Origin: Octopus vulgaris
Taxonomy: Eukaryota
Assembly (NCBI GenBank): GCA_951406725.2
Contig: OX597820.1
Location: forward strand, 1,922,001 to 1,986,000
DNA length: 64,000 bases
Reading direction: 5' to 3'
Below the pieces are notes generated by a model. That model was not told the origin of the DNA and searched no databases. It saw only the letters and a list, made by a program, of their open reading frames with translations. This document shows positions 42,048 to 56,793 of this stretch, one piece after another. Position numbers and translations under genes: made by a program. Position 1 is the first letter of the stretch; each line of letters opens with the position of its first letter.

Positions 42048-43085
42048 ACAGACTTATTCTTGGTAGGGTTTCTGCAGGTAGCGGGTTATTACCTGTAACC
42101 TTCAGCTGTCTTTCGAGTGCTCAGAACCCTCCTGATAATCCTTGCTGTTCCTAAGAGACAAACTTACTGTAGGACCTCTACCGGACATTGTATCTCAATC
42201 TCTCCCAACGCACCAATTATTATCGACACGACCTTTACTGTTCGTATGCTCCAAATTCTTCCTATTTCAAATTTTAAGGAGTTGTGTTTTCTTTGTTTTT
42301 CGTCCCCTTCCTTTACGATCCTGGAATCAAACAGACATGATGGGTCGATAAGCAAGCAACTTCGCTTTTCCTTATCTATAATTGTTATGTCTGGTCTATT
42401 ATTTTCTAACTTCTTGTCCGTTTGAGTAGGAAAGTCTCACAGACTCTTACATTTCTCCGACTCCAGGACTCTTTCGACTCGATGACTGTACCATGTGTTT
42501 CTAGCTTCAAATCCCCATTTCTGGCACAACTTCCAGTGTAAAGCTTTTACAACCTGGTCGTGCTGCCATTTCTTATATTCTTCCTGTGCCAAACTTAAGG
42601 CATTCTCCCACAATGTGTGCAACTGTCTCATTCCAAGTTCCAAAGGCTCTACATTTTTCTGACACATTCTCTCCATATATATTTTTTCCTCAAGTTGTTT
42701 GTTTTTATCGCTTGATCTTGAGCTGCTACAATTAGGCTCTCTGTTTCTTTTTTAATTGCCCATTTTTTAAACCAAGTCCAGGATTTTTTCCCACGTACTT
42801 CTTCAGAGGCTCTCCAAATTTGGCCATGTAGAGGGTTTTTTTTCGATCTATCTGACGTGCTCTCTTTCTATTTCATTCTTGTCCTTTTCTCCTATCATCA
42901 GAACTTCCTAGTTTTTCTCTCAAATTACTTTGCATCGGTCCTCTCTATAATTCCAACTCCATATCTGATCAAGAGGACTTGTTCTATTCATTATTTTATC
43001 ATTTCATTATATGTAAACTCCTCCACGCTTTATGTCCGTCTTTGTATCGCCCCCCTCATCCTTCTCCCTAGTAGCAAATAAATGC
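42048..43085 (-). mobile_element. Second R4/Dong-clade fragment abutting (TAA)n
   Basis: LAQEEYKKWQHDQV..LHWKLC, RPDI, IIIGALG; (att)n starts at ~43087. Confidence 0.8.
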
Positions 43086-43086
43086 G

Positions 43087-43139
<53 letters not shown>

Positions 43140-43620
43140 CATTATTATTATTATCACCGTCATCATCATCATCATCATCACCGTCATCATCATCATCATC
43201 GTCATTAACGACTGAAACAACGATTTACAATTCAACATGTCTTAACAGCTAAGACCATAAAAGACAACAGGCAAGAGACGACGGATGCTAAGCACAATGT
43301 CGAGAGAAAAACTCAAAAGTTTAAAACGTTAAGACAGATGTGGCGGGCGGAAACGAATAGAACTCTATGTTATCAATTAGCAATAGAAAAACAAAAACAA
43401 TACCACAGACATAGACCGGCAGCTCTAATTAAAGTTAGAGCAAGCTGCACATAACTTTAAATGGCTCCGATAATTAGGAAAAGTACCACATGCTGCTTGA
43501 ATTAATTATTTCCTTCTAAATATAAACGTACACGAAATATTTATGTACGTGCATCTACATATATATGTGTGTGTGTCTGCGCGTGTGCGTGTGTGTGTGT
43601 CTGCGTGTGTGTGTGTGTAT

Positions 43621-43661
<41 letters not shown>

Positions 43662-43801
43662 GATAGAGAGAGAGAGAGAGATGTATCTTCCAATCTTTTG
43701 TTATATGTATATATATATATAACGTTTGTATGTGTGTGTATATTTATATCTATGTATCTACATCTGTATATACATGCATATACTGGTGTGTGTGTGTTTG
43801 T

Positions 43802-43832
<31 letters not shown>

Positions 43833-44045
43833 CAACGTGTTTCTTAAGCAGATTCGATTTTTCCCGAAAGCCATTTCACTCTTTGAGCTGAATCCAAATG
43901 TGGTGTGCACAACAAAACAAACGAACCCCTACTTCACTTCATATTACTTGAAGCCTGCCCAAATTCTAATGGGAATTACGATTCCAACCCTCATCTGTTT
44001 GTCTGTTTGTGTGTCCGCCCTTACCCCCGCCCCTCTTTTATCCCC

Positions 44046-44106
<61 letters not shown>

Positions 44107-44980
44107 ATTCTAGCTAGCTATCTGTCTGTCCGTCTGTCTGTCTATTTCTCTTTAAAATGTGTTTCTCAAATCTTACGTAGAATGTATACAAGGATAGAGT
44201 TTATTAATTTAATTTACACTGTGGCATTAGATAAAATAGAGATGTCTGACCTACTGGTTTGGACCCTATTCCGTCTCCTCCTCTCGACGGGTCTGTTTCG
44301 AAAAATGAGACGGAAAACTTTGCAGACGAAGTGATAATAAGAAAAAGACTAATAGTTTCCATGTTTAGCTTTGAGAGGGAAATTGGTAACAGTGTGTGTC
44401 TCTGGTACGTCTGTTCGTCGTTAAACAACCGCCACCAGTACCAGCCCCCCCCCACCAGCATCATCACTCCCACCACAACCACAACCACCACCACCACAAA
44501 CATAATCCACCACAATTTATTGAGCGTAACATTTGCTGGCTCAGTCATATTTTTGTGTGCAATTGAACCAAAAACGAATAAATTCTGTTATTGATCCTAT
44601 TGAGGACGCGTTCATGATATTTGTGAGCATCATTTGTTGACGAGTGCGTATGTATGTGCTTCAGAAATTTGTCAGAAAAATGTCACAGAAGATTGCAGTA
44701 TGGTTAATATAAGCATTTTTATATATGGGCATATTCAATGTTCATCTTTATGTTCATCTATTTTATCAATTCACCATGCAAAAAAAAAAAAAGTGTGATG
44801 GCCAAAACACTATCTTTATGATAGCGTGTTAGCACCAGTATTTATTGATAGTAAAACGGCAAATGACATCTACAAGTCAGTTGGCTGCAAGTATTTTATA
44901 ACGTGATTCTTATTCACCTGTTTCACATTAGAAACTAGCGCAGCTACATTGCACAACAACAACAACAACAACTACAACAT

Positions 44981-45033
<53 letters not shown>

Positions 45034-45150
45034 GTATGCATGTTTATGGAACTATCTATATATATATATATATATACACATGCGTAGTACATGCATATAT
45101 ACACGCACACATATACAAATATATACATACGTACATACATGCATATATAT

Positions 45151-45197
<47 letters not shown>

Positions 45198-45346
45198 CAT
45201 ACATATATACATATACATACATATATATATACACGTATATACATACATACGTACATGCATATATACACGGACACACATACACATATATACATACGTACAT
45301 ACATACATGCATATATATATATACATATACACACAAGTATATACAT

Positions 45347-45710
<364 letters not shown>

Positions 45711-45718
45711 TATATATA

Positions 45719-45754
<36 letters not shown>

Positions 45755-46261
45755 TGTATGTATGTATGTATGTATGTACATAATTGAAACAAAATGAAAG
45801 GCCGTTTTAATATCTCGGCAACATTAACACGCTGACTCTTAATTATACCAACATAAAAAAAGTCATTTTAAAAAGAAAGAGTAACGTGCATTTTTTGCCT
45901 AATATAATGATGATACAAAGGCTGAAAATGAAGGACTGGTCCTGAAAATGCTACCATTGCACTTAGCTGTAGATGGGGTGGGGGAGGAATGTGGAAATAA
46001 CCTGAAATTGTACCGGAAATTATGAACAATGAAGACCCGTCCACACCCACAACAGTAAGGATTACTGCCCTAGTTCTCGTGGCGCAGGGAGAGTGTCTGC
46101 TGCCGGAAACAACTTTTGTCATCTCCGCTTCTTATGGACGCATTAACAGCGGGAAAGAAATTTACTTTGCGGACACAAACCCAGGTCCAAGATCTTTTTA
46201 GAAACAGGGTCAATTTTCTCAATCTTATCAAAATGAACACAGATATATTATTATTATTATT

Positions 46262-46308
<47 letters not shown>

Positions 46309-46343
46309 TGATGATAATGATAATAATAATAATAATAATGACA

Positions 46344-46420
<77 letters not shown>

Positions 46421-46427
<7 letters not shown>

Positions 46428-48385
46428 GGCGTTTGATAGCATCCCCCACACATGGATCCTCGAAACACTAGCCATTAACAAAGTAGCACCAACAATCATA
46501 AAATTCATAGAGCACTCTATGAATAAATGGCAAACAGTCCTACACCTCCAAACAAAAGAGGGACTCATGAAAACCAAAGACATCCCCATTAGAAGAGGAA
46601 TATTCCAGGGAGACACGCTCTCTCCACTCCTTTTCTGCTTGGCACTGTCACCTCTATCTGATATGCTAAATAGAACTGGATGCGGATATAAATGTTACGG
46701 CAAAACGACCAGCCACCTTTTATATATGGATGACCTAAAACTATACGCTGCAAATGACAAACAGCTGGAAACACTATTAAAGACAGTTCATGGATTTACC
46801 AAAGAAATAGATATGAAATTTGGATTAGAAAAATGCGCCAAAGTAACCATGAAAAGAGGAAAACTAGTTAAGAGTAACAACATCACACTAGATGAAGCAA
46901 ATGAAATAAAAGAATTAGACCAAAGCCAAACTTACAAATACTTAGGAATCCATGAACTAGATAAGACACAACACACACAAATGAAAGAGAAAATAAAAAA
47001 AGAATATTATAGACGAGTTAGATCAATACTAAACACAGAGCTCAATGCTAAAAACAAGATAATAGGTATCAACACTTTAGCTGTCCCAGTTATAAGTTAC
47101 AGCTACAATATCCTTAACTGGACACGAAATGAACTGACCAAAATAGACAGGAAAACAAGAAAAATAATGACAGGATCTAGGATGCATCACCCAAAATCTG
47201 ACATAGAAAGACTATATATACAACGTATAGAAGGTGGTAGAGGCCTTATACAGCTGGAAAACTACTATAAAATAACCACCATAGGACTGCAAAAATATCT
47301 ACTTCAGAAGGAAGGAAAACTGATCCAGATAGCGGCAAAACACGAGCAAAACAAAAAACTGTTCTCAGTATTTAAGGAAGCTGACAAATACAAACAAGAA
47401 ATCATACCACCTAATAAACATGAAGAAGAAGAAGAAGATGAAGAAACAACAAAAGCTATAAAAAAAATGAAATCCAAACTAAAAATAGAACAGCAACGAA
47501 CCATGATAAAACGATGGCAAGAAAAGCCCCTTCATGGTAAATACTGGACTAAACTAAACGCAAAAGAAATAGACAAAGAAAAATCCCAGCAATGGTTGAG
47601 AAGCTCAGGACTCAAAGCAGAAACAGAGGGATTTTTAATTGCAGCACAAGACCAAAGCCTCCCCACCAGAAATTACCAAAAACATGTAATGAAAAGAAAT
47701 ATTACAAGTAACTGCAGAATATGTGGAGATGGACAAGAAACAATAAATCATATTATCTCTAGCTGCCCAGTCCTGGCTAAGAAGGAATATATTCACAGAC
47801 ATGACAGAGTTGGAACTTACATACATTGGAAGCTATGCCAACATTATGGAATAACAACAGAAAAAAGATGGTATAGGCACACACCAGAAAAGGTCACAGA
47901 AAACGAGAAAGCAACCATACTCTGGGATATGCCGATACACACAGATAGAGAAATTAAGGCCAACAGACCAGATATAGTTGTCAGAGACCATGAAGAAAAA
48001 AATGCTTTCTAATTGATGTATCAGTACCGGCAGATGACAACGTGTCTCTAAAAGAAATGGAGAAACTCTCAAAATACAAAGACCTGGAAATAGAGGTAAC
48101 TAGAATGTGGAATCTGAAAACAGAAACAATTCCTATCATAGTAGGTGCATTAGGCATGATAAAAAAATATTCAGACAAATACATAACAAAAACACCAGGA
48201 CTTACAAACACATATAACATACAGAAAATTGCACTACTAGGCACTGCACACATCCTACGCAGAACACTTTCCATACAATAACCATCAGAGCATCACAACA
48301 AATCACAGCACATACCCAAGGCACACAGAGCTGCGCTCGGTAGTGAAGTGAAAGCACGCTATAAAAATAAAAATAAAACTACTGA
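46421..48385 (+). mobile_element. Young 5'-truncated R4/Dong-clade retrotransposon (RT + CCHC + PD-(D/E)xK endonuclease) inserted in (TAA)n
   Basis: KKAFDS, GIFQGDTLSP, YMDD, CRICG..ETINHIISSC, RHD, RPDIV; one frameshift at A7 47996-48002; flanked by TAA repeats. Confidence 0.95.
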
Positions 48386-48410
48386 ATAATAATAATAATA
48401 ATGATAATAA

Positions 48411-48758
48411 AACAATACCTGTTGTCATAGGTGCCCTGGGAATGATAGCGAAAGGGGCTGATTGCTACCTAACTCAGATACCAGGAAACCCCAAAATGGC
48501 AGAAATTCAAAAGATAGTGCTCATGGGAACTGCTCATATCCTACGCAAAATACCTTCTATGTAATCTCAGGGTTTAAAACAAACATAATTTTCGTGTTTT
48601 TTTTTTTTTGACATTCACTAGTACAACACCAAAAAAACCCCAAATATATGGCACACTAGGCATAACAACGACATGAACTTCCAACCTGTTGTCTCCTGAG
48701 GTCTCTGGGTGAGACTTGGATCCAACTTGTACAAATATAAAGCAAAAGTCAAACATAG
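48411..48758 (+). mobile_element. 3' end of a second Dong-like element
   Basis: TIPVVIGALGMI..IQKIVLMGTAHILRK*, then UTR and (TAA)n. Confidence 0.85.
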
Positions 48759-48780
48759 AATAATAATAATGATAATAATT

Positions 48781-49330
48781 CAGTACCAGGCAGTGACTCT
48801 CATGGCTTCTGATCTTAGCTGATTGGAAGTGTTATCATGTACATTGTTTTGTCTTGGTATAAAAGATGGGCTACAGCAAATATTCTGCTCAATACCACAG
48901 ATTTACTTGTCAGTTGTTTGACCTTAACCAGTTGAGCATGTCCCTTAGTGGCTGACGATATGTGCATCTCTGATCACGAGTAGAATTAGTGGGGAAGCAT
49001 CATAGTCATGTGTTGAGAGGAATTCTTTGGGGTTTGGATAATTCACCTTTGGAAATATGTGTGTTTCATTCAACGTCCTTAAACAACCCTTAATCAGGGA
49101 CCTTTTGAGCAGGATGGGTTACTCATTCTATAGAAAATTCTAACTGGGCCCCACCTGCAAGGTCATGCGCTGTTTGTCTTCATATGAGATAACCATGTCG
49201 CACACATACGGTTGCGATGCATGTACCTAATATACCCTTATCAGACGGGTAGTCATGATGGGTATACTGGGCTTCGTATATTTTACCTCAGTGTCACTTT
49301 GATAGCAGGCACTGCTCTCTCACTCAGTAA
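48781..49330 (+). mobile_element. Probable third TAA-targeted insertion (3' UTR-like)
   Basis: Non-coding block bounded on both sides by TAA repeats. Confidence 0.45.
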
Positions 49331-49338
49331 AGATGATG

Positions 49339-49396
<58 letters not shown>

Positions 49397-49399
49397 TAA

Positions 49400-49482
<83 letters not shown>

Positions 49483-49699
49483 TGGGACATGAAACAAATC
49501 CAATAAATCTAATAATGAAAAAGTGAATGTTTGAGATCAGTCGCCAAAAATGTTTCGACGCTCGTTCGTTTCGGAGATGAAGTTTTTTAGGTGGGTGTTC
49601 AAATCGTTTTCATTGCCCTCCAAAAATTTTAGTAGATGCCAGCGCACCCCCTGTACCCCTTGTTCCCAAGCCTATGTATACAGGCTAATCTAGCAGGCC

Positions 49700-50230
49700 C
49701 CAAACTGCTGCCTCATTAAAAGTGCCCACTCCCTAGATGCGTATGATTTGTCCTGGTAAAAGCGTATCATTAATCGAGCTAGGATCTCATCCTATCGACT
49801 GGCCCTTTTTTTTTTCAGGACCAGAATATAATTCAATCCTAAAAAATTATTGACATTCAACAAAGCCTGTTCCCATACCTGCTCCATAATAGAACCAGAC
49901 CTGGGATTTCTGGAAGGTCTTCATAAACCCCAGGGTTGAAAGATCTTCGGAACAGGCGATTTAGTTGATCTTTGTCGATCCCTAAAGTCTTTCTGAGAAC
50001 GTCAGTTGCTCACAACTAAGACATCTTAGACTGTCTCTAAGAATAAGAAAAAGAGGGGCCATCTGACTGATTGACAAAAGTTTCTCACAGGCACACCCCA
50101 ATCTCTGGCCCCCCGATGTTCTCCTTTATCTCTCTATCTATTCGAAAGCTGCTGCATTGGTTTCTGCTCCTAAATGCCCGGGAATTCCCCACACATTCGT
50201 CTTTCTTCTTGTCATCTCTCTTCCTTGTTG
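49700..50230 (-). mobile_element. Possible LINE APE-endonuclease N-terminal remnant
   Basis: Minus translation CVGNSR..IKENIGGPEIGVCL*ETF resembles the APE start motif. Confidence 0.35.
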
Positions 50231-51001
50231 TGTCTCCATCATCCCGCCAGACCAGGCTCTAACCACCCAGCTCTTCCTTTCCAAAATGTTTTCCCTCTGC
50301 ATGTCCTCACTCCCTCATATCTTTCTGTAGCTGTTGACTTGCTACGGTTCAACAGGAGCGTTAACGAGGGTCTGCGAAGGTCACAGGCGATGTCAATTCC
50401 TCCAGACTCAAGAAATATATATAAAAAAAAACTATTGTATCCTAGCATTCTTTATTCTTGCTGTTGGCATCAGGTTCGCAATTCATGAGGTGGGCTACAG
50501 TGACCTCAGTGCCCAAATAGCACTTATTTTATCGACTCCAAAAGATGAACGGCAAAGTCGAACGCGAGTATTTCTCCCGGCGTGCTAACGATTCTGCCAT
50601 CTCACCGTCTATCATCGTATGCCAATATCAAGTTCATTACAATGCAACAATCTGAGTCCCACATCTTCGATTTCCATTCCCTCGATTAAGAACCACCGTA
50701 AAAGAGGGTCATCCACTTGCATTTAAGCGAAAAACCTCATAGATTTTGGACCTGACATATTGTCAACAAGTACCTCATATCATCTGCCTTTCCGGCCTTG
50801 CACGTGCTGAGACTGGACTCGTTCCCATGGACCCTCTTTGCTACTCTCACTCATTTCCCCGCAAATTTATCAGACGACACAGCCTTCCTCTTTGCTCTCG
50901 CCTTCTTCTCAAAATGGGACTTGGCGAAGATAATGTCGGCTCGGCCGTGGAGGAAAGTGTCTGCCTTCAGTAGTTTCAATCTTGATCATCATCTTTTATG
51001 C

Positions 51002-51290
51002 TGGCACTCCGTCGGTTGCGACGACGTGGGTTCCAGTTGATCCAATCAACGGAGCAGCTTGCTCGTGAAATTAACATGCAAGTGTCTGAGTACTCCGTAA
51101 ACAGACAAACTCTAAACGTAATTCCCAAAGGGATCTGGCGCAGCACAAAATGTGGTGATGTTGGCCGTTTGAATTACAGGTACAACTCATTATTGTTAGC
51201 TCAGTGAACTATTATAGCAAGGTGAAATAAAGTGTCTCGCTCAAGGACACAATGCACCGCCGGAAAATTGAATTCACAACCTTAAGCTGA
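51002..51290 (-). mobile_element. SINE family C
   Basis: Match to 25277 tail plus core. Confidence 0.75.
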
Positions 51291-51408
51291 TTCTCCTCGA
51301 GAAGTGCAGCTTGTTCCGTTGATTGGATCAACTGCAACACTCATCGTCTTAACCGACGGAGGACCAGTTTATTTTTATCCTTATTTAACTGTTGTAACAA
51401 CATTTATA

Positions 51409-51440
<32 letters not shown>

Positions 51441-51899
51441 GATGATGATGATGATGATATGATGATGATGATGATGATGAAGGGCAGGAGAGGCATTTGG
51501 GGCGACAACTGGAAGACTGCCGTTGTTTGCTTTGCTTCGTGAAATGCTCGCCCGGCAAACAAAGCCATTAGCTTCGTCAGCCATTACAATAATACAGAAT
51601 CCGTTTAAAAGGTTTAAAAGAATGTTGTAACGGGACATGCGTACCGGACCTATTATTCCGGCAATACGCGCGCGCGCATACATACACACACACACGCGCA
51701 CACACATACACACATACGCAATCACGCACATAAACACACGCACACACATACGCACGCACGCCCGCGCCCGCGCACACATACACACGCACATATGCATTCA
51801 CATATGCACGCACGCAAGGACGCAGACACACGTAAGCCAAAAGGCGGAGAGTCACGTGATATGTTCACTCAGCTCTTTAAATCGTACTTTGTTATCTGT

Positions 51900-51914
51900 A
51901 AAAATAAATAAATA

Positions 51915-51966
<52 letters not shown>

Positions 51967-51998
51967 AATAAAGAAAGAAAGAAAGAAAGAAAGAAAAA

Positions 51999-52030
<32 letters not shown>

Positions 52031-52040
52031 AATAAAGAAA
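51900..52040. repeat. (AAAG)n microsatellite
   Basis: Visible directly. Confidence 0.95.
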
Positions 52041-52543
52041 GCCACGCACCTGGGCGAGAAAAAAATCCACATACCATCTTAAAAGGCGGGATGGTCATAT
52101 TTGGAATGCCCTTGATCATAGATCAGTGACGTAGCTAGATTGTGCCCTTAAGTTTGCTGCCATCCACATGCCCATCCCCGGGTCCCCAAACCTATACAGG
52201 TTTATACAGCAAAACCTTTAAGTGCCGACCCCATAAAAGCGCCGGCCGGGGTTCGGCGACCCACCTCGATCCCGTCCCTAGGTAGGCCAATGTCATAAAT
52301 CTGTTCGGTTAGAGTTGAACCGATACGAAACTTCAACACACACACACACACACACATCTCCGCTTTTGTCCGCATTTTCTTCTTCGATGCGCATGAGCAG
52401 AGGAGACAGAGCAGCAGGCGGAAAAGTAGAGAAAGAAAGAAAAAAGAAAGGATGGAAATGCTGACATTAATACGATGATGATGATGGTAATGACCATCAT
52501 CATCATCATCATCATAATGATAATAATGATAATAATAATAATG

Positions 52544-52588
<45 letters not shown>

Positions 52589-52744
52589 TACATATATGTG
52601 TGAGTGCGTATGTGGTGAGAGAGGGAGAGGGAGGGAGGGAGACAGAAACCGAGGTCTGTATAGGGGCCATTAAAGGACTGTATATCTCCCCTCCATTTTG
52701 TTTGATCATTCTTAAGTGTCCCTTAAAAGAAATCTCTGAAAGTC

Positions 52745-52779
<35 letters not shown>

Positions 52780-52916
52780 TTTATTCAGGTGTCCAAATAT
52801 ATTTTCCACCTGATACGAATGTTTACCGAGCTTTTAGCTGCGCCTTGTCCTTTCCTTTGTGTAATTACTGAACTTTCTTTTAATGTTAGGCGAGGTTTTA
52901 TTACACAGATAACTGA

Positions 52917-53205
52917 TCCTCCGTCGGTTACGACGGCGAGTGTGTGTCAGTTGGTCCGATCAACGGAATAGCCCGCTCGAGAAATTAACGTGCAAATGGT
53001 TGAGCACTCCACAGACACGTGTACCGTTGACGTAGTCCTTAAGGAGATTCAGAGTGACACAGAATATGACAAGGCTGGCCCTTTGAACCTTTGCTAACTG
53101 AGTGGACTAAAGCAAGGTGAAATAAAATGCTTCACCCAAATACAAAATGCACCGTCAGGTATTGAACTCACGGCCTTACGATCGGGAGCCGAATACCCTA
53201 AGCAC
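52917..53205 (-). mobile_element. SINE family C
   Basis: Match to 25277. Confidence 0.75.
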
Positions 53206-53549
53206 TTCGATTACACAAATACAGACACAAACACAAATATTTATACAAACGCCTGTTAATACGACAGTGTCCTTATCAGTTTCAAACGCATGGTCGTGCG
53301 GTAAAGAAGTTGCTTAGCAACCCAGGTGAGTGTATACTCGGGCCGATCAATGCCCTCTGGTGGAATTTGATAGGAGGAAACTGCGAGGAAGCTTGCCACC
53401 CACCACCACACCGATTGACAGACGCTGCCCCACATTCAGCTCCGTTCAATAACTGAAACAGAAATTCGAATCTTATTAGATTCTCATCAGAGGAGTCTAC
53501 ATCAATTTGCTCAAACCCAGAGAAGCCAAGCAGCCAATCAATCTGTTTG

Positions 53550-53699
53550 TAGCTGTGTGGTAAGAAGCTTGCTTCCAAACCACATGGTTCCGGGTTCAGT
53601 CCCACTGCGTGGCACTTTGGGCAAGTGTCTTCAACTATAGCCTCGGGCTGACCAAAGCCTTGAGTAGATTTGGTAGACGGAAACTGAAAGAAGCCCGTC

Positions 53700-53738
<39 letters not shown>

Positions 53739-53950
53739 TGTATTTGTGTGTCTGTGCTTGCCCCCCTCCCCACCATAACTTGACAACTGATGTTGGTGTG
53801 TTTACGTCCCCGTAACTTAGCAGTTCAGTAAAAGATAGAATAAGCATTAGGCTTAGAAAAGAATAAGTCCTGGGGTCGGTCTGTTCGACTCAAGGCGGTG
53901 CTCCTGCATGGCCGCAGTCAAATGACTGAAACAAGTAAAAGAATAAAAGA
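53550..53950 (+). mobile_element. SINE family A, full length
   Basis: Head, body and tail match. Confidence 0.9.
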
Positions 53951-54444
53951 ATTACGATAATTATTGAAAACCCGATCTACTAATCTGCATATCGTAAGTC
54001 TTAATGCTTTATCTTAAATATTAGGGGGCCTGCCAACAGGGATCTCAGCCCACACAATACCAAGGCATTGTAAAATGATATACGTAACCTACAAAACACC
54101 TTTACAAACAGGGCTGATTTAGTTGTTTCTCCGAAGGAAAGACCTAACTCAAAACCTGCTTGGTTTTACATTTTTATTCAAACGATGATAATGGTGTGAT
54201 TTCTACTGGAGCTCTTGTCACATCTGACATGTGGTTGTATTCGTTTGCTGGAGGTGGTCACGATAGGAGAAACGCCCTCAAGGGTTTCGTCGATCATATC
54301 GGCATAAGTAATTGTTTTAATGACATTTAATTGTCGAAGAGATACAGAATACAAACGTGGGTACAGACGAAAAAATTAAAACATTTATACATACATATAT
54401 ATAGTATTAAAAAGATAGATGGATAGAACGAGTAAAAGTTTTTT

Positions 54445-54497
54445 TATTTTGTACGACACGTTTCGACCCGTTCTGGGTCTCTTCAGGTACATAAATA
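54445..54497 (-). ncRNA. Minimal type I hammerhead ribozyme, canonical core
   Basis: UAUUU(A)UGUAC-CUGAAGA-GACCC agaac GGGUC-GAAAC-GU-GUC-GUACAAAAUA; all core nucleotides present, 10-bp stem I with one bulge, 5-bp stem II. Confidence 0.85.
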
Positions 54498-54609
54498 TAT
54501 AAAGTTCCTGCAATAAATCTACGGATAACAACAGGTAATCGAAACTGTGCCGGTGCTTTACTCATCATCTATTTATACATGTTGTATAATTTCTCCATCA
54601 TATATATAG

Positions 54610-54946
54610 TTCAAATTTATAGAAAAACAAAGACGAAGACAGGTATATGAACAACAAGCAAGTGCATTAGTTTGACGCTGGAGAAAATGAAAGAATCTTT
54701 CTTTACGTTTCGAGCCTACGCTCTTCAACAGGAAGGAATAAGAGAAAATAAACAGAGAGAGAATAGAAAAAAAAAAACTAGATTTAGCGGTCAGAAAAAC
54801 AAAAGACGAAGACGGGTGTATTTGTTTGACGCTCGGGAAAAGGAAAAGTCTTTTACATTTCGAGCCTACGATCTTCGACAGAAAGAAATAACAGGAAATA
54901 AATTGAGAGATGAAAAACCACGTGTGTTGAGTTCAGTGGTCCAACA

Positions 54947-54950
<4 letters not shown>
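54610..54950 (-). mobile_element. Tandem PLE terminal-repeat fragments with two variant hammerhead motifs (54698-54735, 54851-54885)
   Basis: UUGAAGA-gcguaggcuc-GAAAC-GUA and a diverged second copy; same family as 7370. Confidence 0.55.
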
Positions 54951-54985
<35 letters not shown>

Positions 54986-55191
54986 ACACGCACATACATA
55001 CATGTCTATACACATGTATGCATATATATAACAAAGACCCACACACATATCTTTGTTATCGTGTATCGAACGCCTGCAGCGCATTGATGATACGACAACG
55101 AAACTCTTTCCGACTAAGCGTGATTTCCTCAGCTGCCAACCAACTCTTCTCCAACCAACTTGTCATAATCTTTGCCTCTTTCTTCCACACA

Positions 55192-55410
55192 CTTTTACTC
55201 TTTTACTCTTTTACTTGTTTCAGTCATTTGACTGCGGCCATGCTGGATCACCGCCTTTAGTCGAGCAAATCGACCCCAGGACTTATTCTTTGTAAGCCTA
55301 GTACTTATTCTATCGGGTCTCTTTTGCCGAGCCGCTAAGTTACGGGGACGTAAGCACACCAGCATCGGTTGTTAAGCGATGTTGGGGGGACAAACACAGA
55401 CACACAAAAC

Positions 55411-55483
<73 letters not shown>

Positions 55484-55655
55484 CATACATATATACGACG
55501 GGCTTCTTTCAGTTTCAGTCTACCAAATCCACTCACAAGGCTTTGGTCGGCCCGAGGCTATAGTAGAAGATACTTGCCCAAGGTGCCACGCAATGGGACT
55601 GAACCCAGAACCATGTGGTTGGTTAGCAAGGTTCTTACCACACAGTCACTCCTAC
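55192..55655 (-). mobile_element. SINE family A, full length
   Basis: Reverse-complement match. Confidence 0.9.
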
Positions 55656-55804
55656 ACCTCCATGTATACATATGACGACGACGACGACGACGATGATGAT
55701 GATGGTGATGGTTGACCACTTGTGACCGAAGAAGACCATCACTGAATATTTCCCACTCAAAATTCTGACAATGCCCGTGCATGAGCTTAATGCACAGTTG
55801 GCGT

Positions 55805-55972
55805 CACACATACACGCACACACATACACTCAGATACACACACGCACACACATAGACACGCACACATACACTCAGATACACACACGAACACACACAGACA
55901 CACACACATACACTCAGATACACACACGCACAAACATAGACACGCACACATACACTCAGATACACACACGCC
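55805..55972. repeat. 36-bp minisatellite (~4.5 units) derived from a CA microsatellite
   Basis: Repeated acacgcacacatacactcagatacacacacg. Confidence 0.85.
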
Positions 55973-56651
55973 AATCGGTTTCATAAATGTATGTATGTAT
56001 GTATGTATGTATATGTATATATATCTATATTCCCCAAAACAGGTGTGTGTATGTAGTGCATATTTACATACACACAAACATACATACATACACACATACA
56101 TACATACATATATACATATATGCATACATACATATATACATACATACACACATACATACATATATACATACATACACACACCCACACATAATACATACAT
56201 ACATACACACATACATACATACATACATACATATATACATACATACATACATACATACATACATACATACATACATACATACATACACACACACACATAC
56301 ATACATGCATACATTTTACAACAGAATACTATTATGAAGAGTGGAATCAGAATTCTGCTTGGTTGAGTCGGTGTGAAGCTCTGCGCGGAGTTTCGCCTCC
56401 CTGATCCTCAGGCAAATCTACACAGCGACATCCAAGCGTCAATACGAAAAAGCTATCTTGTAATTACATATTGTAGCACTGAAATTTCTATCTGTTGCTA
56501 CTCTCAAGGACACGTTTCTAAAGTGCTAAGTGAAATATTTGTAACAGAATTTGCGTTGGCTGTCAAGAAATAGAGGCGGCGAAAATGTGTGTGAAGCAAA
56601 AATAGAAAAAAAAAAATAAATGAAAAATAAAAAAGAGGACAAAAGAATCAT

Positions 56652-56751
<100 letters not shown>

Positions 56752-56758
56752 CACACAC

Positions 56759-56793
<35 letters not shown>

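Noticed and set aside
55805-55972. Regularly spaced repeats as a CRISPR-like array
   Set aside because: Eukaryotic CA-derived minisatellite without unique spacers or cas genes
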